Assembly (NCBI GenBank): GCA_022710775.1
Contig: JAKLGH010000001.1
Location: forward strand, 134,522 to 198,521
Length of the DNA stretch: 64,000 nucleotides
Direction: 5' to 3'
Source: Patescibacteria group bacterium
Lineage (GTDB): Bacteria; Patescibacteriota; Minisyncoccia; Minisyncoccales; UBA5738
Shown: positions 58,241-64,000 of the stretch, piece by piece
Position numbering within the stretch: position 1 is the first letter of the stretch
Layout of the letters: every line of letters begins with the position of its first letter
Translations under genes and position numbers: made by a program
Notes under the pieces: generated by a model
Told to the model about the DNA's origin: nothing
The model's database searches: none
The model's input: the letters and a program-made list of their open reading frames with translations, nothing else

Positions 58241-58684
58241 CTATTTTATCTTGTCTCCAATTGCCGGAAACTGGATCGGCTCCGAAATATACAGGGTGTC
58301 AACGACAAAACCAGGATCATTGATAGTCTTGCCGCGGCCCAGAATCGATACGCTTGCCCCCGCTTTTATTTTTTCTTCGTCCGCCCTTTTTCCTTCGTAA
58401 AAAATTTCAACTGTCTTGGAAAGCGAAACCGGAATTTCTTTTCCGGCGCCGTCGCTGATCAATAATTTTTTATCCGGCGCGCTGAATGAAACGATATATC
58501 CCGTCAATCCCGAATGCTGCTGGCCCGGAATATAGACCTGCTGGCCGGTATTCTTTGGCGTCAAAGCTCCGGCCTTATCCGCTTTTGGCGAATTTATGGA
58601 TTTTTCTTTCCGGTATTGTAAAAACAAGCCGATTAAAACGCTCATTGTCGCTAAAAGTAAAACAATGATTATTTTCTTTTTCAT
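58241..58684 (-). CDS. small single-TM protein S3 (147 aa)
   Basis: ..KAGASVSILGRGKTINDPGFVVDTLYISEP.. Confidence 0.6.
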   Translation of the reverse strand: MKKKIIIVLLLATMSVLIGLFLQYRKEKSINSPKADKAGALTPKNTGQQVYIPGQQHSGLTGYIVSFSAPDKKLLISDGAGKEIPVSLSKTVEIFYEGKRADEEKIKAGASVSILGRGKTINDPGFVVDTLYISEPIQFPAIGDKIK

Positions 58685-58902
58685 ATGGCGCTTTTAAATT
58701 GATGAAAAATATCCTTACAACTCAATAAAAATCAGACATCGTTTCGAATAGATGCTGGCATAAAACGGCAGAAAAGAAACGCTTTCCTCAATACTCATCG
58801 ATTAATATATTATAATGTTTTATCCCGATTTCTCAAACTGGTTCTTTGGCTATCTTTTTTGAATTTCGCGCCGGTAGTCCGAACAAACTGAAAAACATCA
58901 GT

Positions 58903-58935
58903 TCTTACAATTCCTCCCAATCCGGCCGGCTGTTG
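58903..58935 (-). pseudogene. ~30-bp relic of a P2-like 3' end (..RPDWEEL*; ttacaattcctcccaatccggccggctg vs P2 ctacaattcctcccaatccggcaggctg)
   Basis: sequence identity to the extreme 3' end of P2 followed by unrelated sequence. Confidence 0.5.
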
Positions 58936-58989
58936 TTACCCTTAAATATTTTACCATTATTAAGGGCTTTGCGAACTCTGAACGTCTAA

Positions 58990-59015
58990 ACAAAAATGCC
59001 CTCTAGGGCATTTCT
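58990..59015. terminator. terminator (atgccc-tcta-gggcat + ttt)
   Basis: 3' of SIMPL gene 59035..59826. Confidence 0.5.
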
Positions 59016-59034
59016 GGCTTGATTTTTCAAAGGT

Positions 59035-59826
59035 TTATTTGATCGAAAATGAAACGCGGACAACTCCTGTTACTTTCTTTTCCAGCGACGCGGTGTCATA
59101 TACGCCGTAGTCGGAAACTTCCACCGAATTCTTCGCCGTAACCTGGAATACGCCCATACTTGCCGCCTGGAGCGACTCGATCTGTTTTCCCGTGCTTTCA
59201 ACGATTTTCTCGGCGCGCGCTTTAGCATCGACAGTCGCGCGCGAAAGCAAATCCAAGCGCAGATCGGCAAGCTTGCTGTAGTAATATTCCAAGCTTTGGG
59301 TCGTAAATATCACTCCCTGACCGATAAAATAATCTGATGCCGTTTGGGATATTTTGGTAACTTCGGGAACTTTTTGGGATTCTACCGTTATTACCTGCTG
59401 TAAATTATAACCGGCGGTGCGGCTGCTTCCGCAGCTCTGGTTTCCGAACTTATCGTAATAAATATTGTTCTGGCTTTCGCAAACCGGGCTCACCGTAACC
59501 GGACTGACGGTAATTTCCTGCTCCATTACCCCGGATTCTTTTAGGAATTCGCTGACGATCTTTTGGTCCTTATTCATCAGAGAACTTCCTTCTTTTAAGC
59601 TGGCTGAATCTACCGATCTTGAAATCGCGCTTTGCCATTTAACCGTATCCGAAATTACCATCTGCTCGGCAGAGCCGGTAACCGACAATACGTTGGAAAG
59701 CTGTTTTGCCTTAAGAAAAATTTGGCCGCCGGCCATTGTCGCCACGATCAAGCTCGCGCCCAAAACAACGGAGGGCCAGAAAAACTCGCTTGAATGCCAC
59801 GATTTTTCAATATTTTCGGTATCCAT
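59035..59826 (-). CDS. SIMPL (DUF541) family secreted protein, second copy
   Basis: N-terminal TM; ..VLSVTGSAEQMVISDTVKWQ.. and ..GVFQVTAKNSVEVSDYGVYD..VRVSFSI.. SIMPL-like. Confidence 0.7.
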   Translation of the reverse strand: MDTENIEKSWHSSEFFWPSVVLGASLIVATMAGGQIFLKAKQLSNVLSVTGSAEQMVISDTVKWQSAISRSVDSASLKEGSSLMNKDQKIVSEFLKESGVMEQEITVSPVTVSPVCESQNNIYYDKFGNQSCGSSRTAGYNLQQVITVESQKVPEVTKISQTASDYFIGQGVIFTTQSLEYYYSKLADLRLDLLSRATVDAKARAEKIVESTGKQIESLQAASMGVFQVTAKNSVEVSDYGVYDTASLEKKVTGVVRVSFSIK

Positions 59827-60019
59827 GTTTTTAGTTAATTTTATTACCCTTATTAAAAGATTATTACAAATCGCAGAATAATCAACATTCTCGTTTTTTT
59901 ACTTATGGACATGCGGCCTAAAAAAGACAAAAGCAGCTTCCGCGAAGCTGCTGTAAAATGGAACAACGGTGTAATGAACTATGAAAAATAATAAAGGGGA
60001 TATGGAAAGAAAAAGTCCT

Positions 60020-60292
60020 TTCAACCCGGCAGCGTTTGCTGCCTCACTTAGCTGATCATTCTTCTTTCCATCTAGCAAGCCGGCGCTTGCCATAGGCTGG
60101 GCCCTGAGTATCCCGAGCAGCTGCCCAAGCTCAGACCGATCGGGTCCGGTTTTTTACGGATATGCCTATCCGTTGGCAGGAACGTCTTCCTGCGGTTGCC
60201 TGTGTCGCGGCAGGTACTTTTCCGCGAGTATTAAATATCTAGCATACCGCTATTATCCCGTCAAGCCCCGCCCGATTTTTTCCTGCTTAAGA
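60020..60292. other. GC-rich, hairpin-dense intergenic region; candidate ncRNA(s) (one plus-strand unit ends with hairpin gaccgatcgggtc + T6 at ~60134-60157)
   Basis: stem-loops ggcagc/gctgcc, caagc/gcttg, acggatatgcctatccgt, gcaggaacgtcttcctgc; composition unlike the flanking AT-rich spacers. Confidence 0.25.
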
Positions 60293-60316
60293 AAAATACC
60301 GGTAATCCGGTATTTA
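60292..60316. terminator. terminator (ataccgg-taa-tccggtat, T-run on minus strand)
   Basis: 3' of 60320..60658. Confidence 0.5.
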
Positions 60317-60319
60317 TGA

Positions 60320-60658
60320 TCAAGACCTGGCTATCGACGCGATCTCGAAATCTCCTCCCATGCCGGAAGCGGCGGCAATTGTGTTATGCTTGGTAATCCA
60401 TAGCCTCTCAAAACCTCTTGCTGCGCCATGGATATCGATACCGCGGGCTGCTGCATAGTCGGGCCACGATCCGAGAATTTCGTTCAGCTCTTCTTCGCTG
60501 TTATGTGTTCCAACAACTCCGGCATTGAGGAATTGCAGCAAAGCCATATGGACCGGATGCGTAACTTTACCGATGAAGGTTTCCTTCAGGTCTTCAGGCA
60601 GTCCGCGGTCCACGCTCTCCTGCAAAAGATTGTCCGGGCGATGATTTATAACTATCAA
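60320..60658 (-). CDS. hypothetical protein
   Basis: 112-aa ORF, no recognisable motif. Confidence 0.4.
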   Translation of the reverse strand: MIVINHRPDNLLQESVDRGLPEDLKETFIGKVTHPVHMALLQFLNAGVVGTHNSEEELNEILGSWPDYAAARGIDIHGAARGFERLWITKHNTIAAASGMGGDFEIASIARS

Positions 60659-60786
60659 ACCGATTCACCCCCTTTTTTTAGCTTGTTATTGGACAGACTA
60701 TACCAATATCCGCCAATGTCAATACCTTTGGCAAACAAAAAACCGTTCCGTGAAATCGGAACGGTTTTTTATCCTTTCCAGAAAAA

Positions 60787-61047
60787 CTAGCCTTTGTTGT
60801 TTCTGTTCCAAAACCAGGCAAAAAGCCAGCCTAAGGCATATCCGGCGAGGCCGGCCACAATGATCAAGATAATTCCGGTGATGAGGTTGAACGGACCGAC
60901 GGTAAAATACGGTTTCGCGAAATGCAAATTAAACACGAAATTCAAAAGCGGCTGGCCCCAGCCAATCCAAACAAGCACGGCCCAAACGGCATTAACCGCG
61001 GCGCAAAATTCGCCCACCGACATCGCTGTTTTTTCTTTATTCAGCAT
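60787..61047 (-). CDS. small two-TM membrane protein
   Basis: 86 aa, two Trp-rich hydrophobic helices. Confidence 0.45.
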   Translation of the reverse strand: MLNKEKTAMSVGEFCAAVNAVWAVLVWIGWGQPLLNFVFNLHFAKPYFTVGPFNLITGIILIIVAGLAGYALGWLFAWFWNRNNKG

Positions 61048-61256
61048 GGAAATTTTTTTGTTGTGTTGTTACCCTCCCGCGACCTTTAGCTAAACTTATT
61101 TACTTATTATACCCAAAAAAAGGAATTTGCGAAGAGATAGGATCGCACAATACCGGTTGTTGACTGTATTGGCTAAAGTGATAAAATATTTCCAGGAAAA
61201 GAACAATAACTCTTTTTTTAAAGGCGCGAGCGCTTTTGTTTGTAAATTAAAACATT

Positions 61257-61946
61257 ATGGAGGAAAAAAAATCCGTTGTCATTTCGCTGGGAGGGTCTTT
61301 GATTGTTCCGGAAGTTTTGGATCTGGAATTCATCCGCCAATTCACCAATCTCATTTTAAAATGGACCAAGAAAAACCGCCGTTTTTTCATCATTACCGGC
61401 GGCGGAAAAACGGCGCGCAACTATCAGTCGGCCGCCGCAAACCTTGGCGTGAACGACAAAAACGATCTTGACCAAATCGGGATTTATACGACTTATGCCA
61501 ACGCCAGCTTGCTAAGATCGGTATTCGGAAAAAACGCCCACCACGAAATTGTCACCAATTATTCGAAAAAGATCGAAACAAAATCAAAAGTGATCATCGG
61601 CGGCGGCTGGAAACCGGGCTGCTCCACGGACGTTGACGCCATGTATGCCGCGAAACTGCTGGGAGCGAAACGCGTGATCAACTTGTCGAATATCGATTGC
61701 CTCTATGACAAAGATCCGCGCGCATATTCGGACGCGAAGCCGATCAAAAAACTTACTTTTGCGGAATTACTGGAAATAACCGGCGAGATCTGGAATCCCG
61801 GCGACAATACTCCCTTCGACCCCATCGCATCGCGGCTGGCCCAAACCGATAAGGTAAACGTAATTATAGCCAACGGGAAAAATTTAAATAATCTGGAAAA
61901 TATTCTTTCCGATAAACCTTTTACCGGAACCCTTGTCAAACCATAA
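61257..61946 (+). CDS. pyrH: UMP kinase (amino-acid kinase family)
   Basis: ..VVISLGGSLIVPE.. N-terminal glycine motif, ..FIITGGGKTARNY.., ..IIGGGWKPGCSTDVDAMYAA.. matches the PyrH pattern. Confidence 0.8.
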   Translation: MEEKKSVVISLGGSLIVPEVLDLEFIRQFTNLILKWTKKNRRFFIITGGGKTARNYQSAAANLGVNDKNDLDQIGIYTTYANASLLRSVFGKNAHHEIVTNYSKKIETKSKVIIGGGWKPGCSTDVDAMYAAKLLGAKRVINLSNIDCLYDKDPRAYSDAKPIKKLTFAELLEITGEIWNPGDNTPFDPIASRLAQTDKVNVIIANGKNLNNLENILSDKPFTGTLVKP

Positions 61947-61987
61947 TTGACGTAAAAAAGACCCGTTTTAAAGGTCTTTTTTTGATA

Positions 61988-63406
61988 CTAATTTTTTTGC
62001 TTGTTCTTTTGTTCCTTAAGCGCCGCCCATTCAACTTTAGCCAACGGAAAGCGAACGGTAAAATGCGATCCGACGCCTTCGATGCTTTCAACCGAAACCT
62101 TTCCCTGCATCCTTTTCACGATCTCAAAAGTTATCCATAAGCCCAGTCCAGTGCCCAGAATATCCCTGGTCTTGTCATTAATGATCCGGGAAAATTTCTT
62201 GAAGAGCTTAGCCTGATCTTCGCTTGAAATCCCGATCCCGGTATCCGCGACCGAAATGACCAGCTCTTCCTTTTTGACCGAAGTTGACACCTCGATCGAT
62301 CCTTTTAGCGTATATTTAATTGCGTTCCCGACAAGATTTACCACTATCTGTTTAAGCCGGTTCGGGTCGGCTTTGATGCTAACGGGTTTGTCGTTCAGTT
62401 TCAAGTTTAAGGCAAGGCCCTTCTCCTGGGCCGGAGACTTCATCTCATCGATAGATTGGGCAACTACCGCATTCGCGTCGAAAACCGAAATCTCCATTGG
62501 CAGGCGGTTGCCTTCGATGCGCGATACTTCCAGGATATCCTCAACCAAGCTGTTCAATCGTTTGGCTGAAACCAGAAGATTGGTGATATAATGGTTGCTT
62601 TCCTCGTCCAAAACCAAATTTTTATTTTCCCTTAAGGCATCTAAATACCACTTGATCGCCGTCAGCGGAGTTCGGAGCTCATGGCTGGCCATCGACATGA
62701 ACATATCCTTCATCCTGTCAACTTCCTGAAGTTTTGTGACCGTAACGGCGTAATCAAGCATCCTTGCTTGGTTGGCGATCAAAAGAACCACGATCAGAAT
62801 AGTTATAACAAGCACCCAATAGGATTCGGAAATAACCCCGTTGATCCGCGCATCGGAATCGTCAAGGGAAAAAGACGCGACGATCAATCCGATTTTCTGG
62901 TTATCGTTATCGAAAAGTTTTTTAATGACTCTCCAGTACCGCTGGCTGCCCGAGCTGTCAAGATAGGCAACCGCCGGTTCGGAACGGTTCCAGATGATCG
63001 AACTTTGGGTCAGCAAAAACCGGTCGTCTTCAATAGGCTGGCCAATTTGGGCCGGATCGGTCGAGTTCACAACGGTAAAATTACCGGAATTTTCCGGACG
63101 CAAAATCGCAAGCTCCAAGATCTCTTCATTCTCTATTTTCACCCGTTCGATCCTGGATTGTATCGTTGCCGAATCGCCAACATGCTCCTGGATCAGATTG
63201 TTGACGATATTCTCAACCAAAAGAGCGTTTTTTCTCGTTATCGCGTCGATCTCTTTCTCGTAATTGGAATTCATCAAATAGTTATTGACGAAAAAAGCTG
63301 CCGGTATGCAAACCAGCAGCATCAAAGAATAAAGAATATTTAAATTTCCTTTTACGAACTCCAGGGCTTTTGAAAATAAATTCCCGACTTTTCCTTTCTT
63401 TTCCAT
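61988..63406 (-). CDS. sensor histidine kinase (2 TM + HisKA + HATPase_c)
   Basis: H-box MASHELRTPLTAI; N/G boxes ..VNLVGNAIKYT.. / ..DTGIGIS.. / GTGLGLWI. Confidence 0.85.
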   Translation of the reverse strand: MEKKGKVGNLFSKALEFVKGNLNILYSLMLLVCIPAAFFVNNYLMNSNYEKEIDAITRKNALLVENIVNNLIQEHVGDSATIQSRIERVKIENEEILELAILRPENSGNFTVVNSTDPAQIGQPIEDDRFLLTQSSIIWNRSEPAVAYLDSSGSQRYWRVIKKLFDNDNQKIGLIVASFSLDDSDARINGVISESYWVLVITILIVVLLIANQARMLDYAVTVTKLQEVDRMKDMFMSMASHELRTPLTAIKWYLDALRENKNLVLDEESNHYITNLLVSAKRLNSLVEDILEVSRIEGNRLPMEISVFDANAVVAQSIDEMKSPAQEKGLALNLKLNDKPVSIKADPNRLKQIVVNLVGNAIKYTLKGSIEVSTSVKKEELVISVADTGIGISSEDQAKLFKKFSRIINDKTRDILGTGLGLWITFEIVKRMQGKVSVESIEGVGSHFTVRFPLAKVEWAALKEQKNKQKN

Positions 63407-63426
63407 TTTTTAATGTGTTTGCCTAA

Positions 63427-64000
63427 TTATTGCTTCCCCCTTCCCCTAAGCATCCCGATGGCCGCCAATGCCAGCAGCAATCCGCCTAATCCCGCTGCGG
63501 CAAAGATCAAATAATTTTCCGTAAGCCTGGCCTTGCTGGGCGCCGCCGTCCTTTCGTTGATTGAAACGCTGGATGGAACAACCGAAGCCGCTTCAGCTGT
63601 TTGGACGAACGTTAACGGACTGCTCTTAGCCGTGATCTTTCCTGCGCCATCCGTAACCGCCACATAAACCTCATGGGTTCCTTCCTCCACAGGATCCTCG
63701 AGAACATAAGACCAGTTGCCGTCTGAATCGGTTTTAACGGTCAAAACAATCGGATCGCTGTAAATATATATAGTAACATAAGTATCCGGCAAAGCCTTGC
63801 CGCTGATCTTTAAGCCTTTATTCTCATCAACGGTTTCAATTGTTTCAACGTTAACCACTTCCAGCAGATCGTCCTTCACTTCGCCGGTTTCTTTCGGGTT
63901 TTCAAAAACAACTTCATCGTCTTTTTCTTCGCTTGGCTTAACCAGCGGATCGGTGCCGACCTCAATCTCTTCGCCGTCAACATGTCCGTCGCTATCGGTA
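63427..64000 (-). CDS. surface protein, partial (runs off window end), with C-terminal membrane anchor + basic tail (..LIFAAAGLGGLLLALAAIGMLRGRGKQ*)
   Basis: open frame continues to 64000; C-terminal hydrophobic helix followed by RGRGKQ is typical of sortase/exosortase-type sorting signals, although no LPXTG/PEP motif is recognisable. Confidence 0.55.
   Translation of the reverse strand, partial: TDSDGHVDGEEIEVGTDPLVKPSEEKDDEVVFENPKETGEVKDDLLEVVNVETIETVDENKGLKISGKALPDTYVTIYIYSDPIVLTVKTDSDGNWSYVLEDPVEEGTHEVYVAVTDGAGKITAKSSPLTFVQTAEAASVVPSSVSINERTAAPSKARLTENYLIFAAAGLGGLLLALAAIGMLRGRGKQ

Larger units (their letters stand above)
42440..58935 (-). repeat. tandem multigene family array (P1-P5, S1-S3, two remnants); long near-identical segments (~1.2 kb 3' halves of P2/P3/P4, partly P5) consistent with gene conversion/unequal recombination
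   Basis: by-eye alignment of 49471-50700 vs 52279-53500 shows only scattered substitutions; the C-terminal ~95 codons are conserved in all five. Confidence 0.8.

Noticed and set aside
59899-60093. 64-aa ORF 59899..60093(-)
   Set aside because: It lies in the hairpin-dense GC-rich intergenic block; more likely structured RNA or UTR than coding.
1-64000. Mobile elements (IS/transposase, integrase, prophage)
   Set aside because: No transposase, integrase, terminase or capsid-like ORFs and no terminal inverted repeats were seen. The paralog array is explained by tandem duplication rather than transposition.

Overview
The window is a 64-kb, mostly minus-strand-coded stretch of a bacterial genome. 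The Parcubacteria-like look of the Cas12a N-terminus, the many secreted or anchored proteins and the weak ribosome-binding sites suggest a CPR/Parcubacteria-like organism; this is inference only. At the left edge is the N-terminal ~655 codons of a type V-A effector, cas12a (cpf1). The gene runs off the window and has a 1-bp frameshift in an A7 tract. Positions 2.5-14.6 kb encode secreted and surface proteins: a CAP/SCP protein, Cys-rich proteins, an SPFH/band-7 protein with an out-of-frame PGF-CTERM-like tail, DUF192, a YVTN beta-propeller, and a beta-lactamase-fold hydrolase. An SOS cassette follows at 14.8-17.1 kb: lexA with a GAAC-N4-GTTC operator inside its promoter, a divergently transcribed candidate sRNA, and a Y-family polymerase gene. 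Housekeeping and transport genes lie at 17-35 kb: NUDIX, GerMN, a PilB/GspE ATPase, an MgtA-like P-type ATPase, nadK, a radical SAM protein, a MacAB/HlyD-like exporter, an ECF sigma/anti-sigma pair, SIMPL, and an L,D-transpeptidase. Two regions stand out. (1) 35.2-42.4 kb: three tandem paralogous ~215-aa HxxC...CxxC proteins, then a translationally coupled adenylosuccinate-synthetase-like + pyruvate-kinase-barrel-like gene pair, a vWA protein, a J-domain/degenerate-kinase protein and a small protein. This is a candidate NTP-dependent signalling or conflict module of unknown function. (2) 42.4-58.9 kb: a tandem array of five giant secreted paralogs (749-1214 aa). They are built from Cys-rich TSP1-like repeats plus PKD/FN3-like domains, and all end in a conserved PKD domain terminating in '..SIPDWEE-x'. 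They are interleaved with paralogous small single-TM proteins and carry near-identical ~1.2-kb 3' segments, intragenic tandem repeats, an in-frame gene fusion and two decayed 3'-end remnants. This is a recombining surface-protein family with a possibly novel C-terminal signal. The right end carries a second SIMPL gene, a structured GC-rich intergenic region, pyrH, a sensor histidine kinase and a partial surface-protein gene with a C-terminal membrane anchor. No CRISPR array, transposase, integrase, rRNA or convincing tRNA was found.
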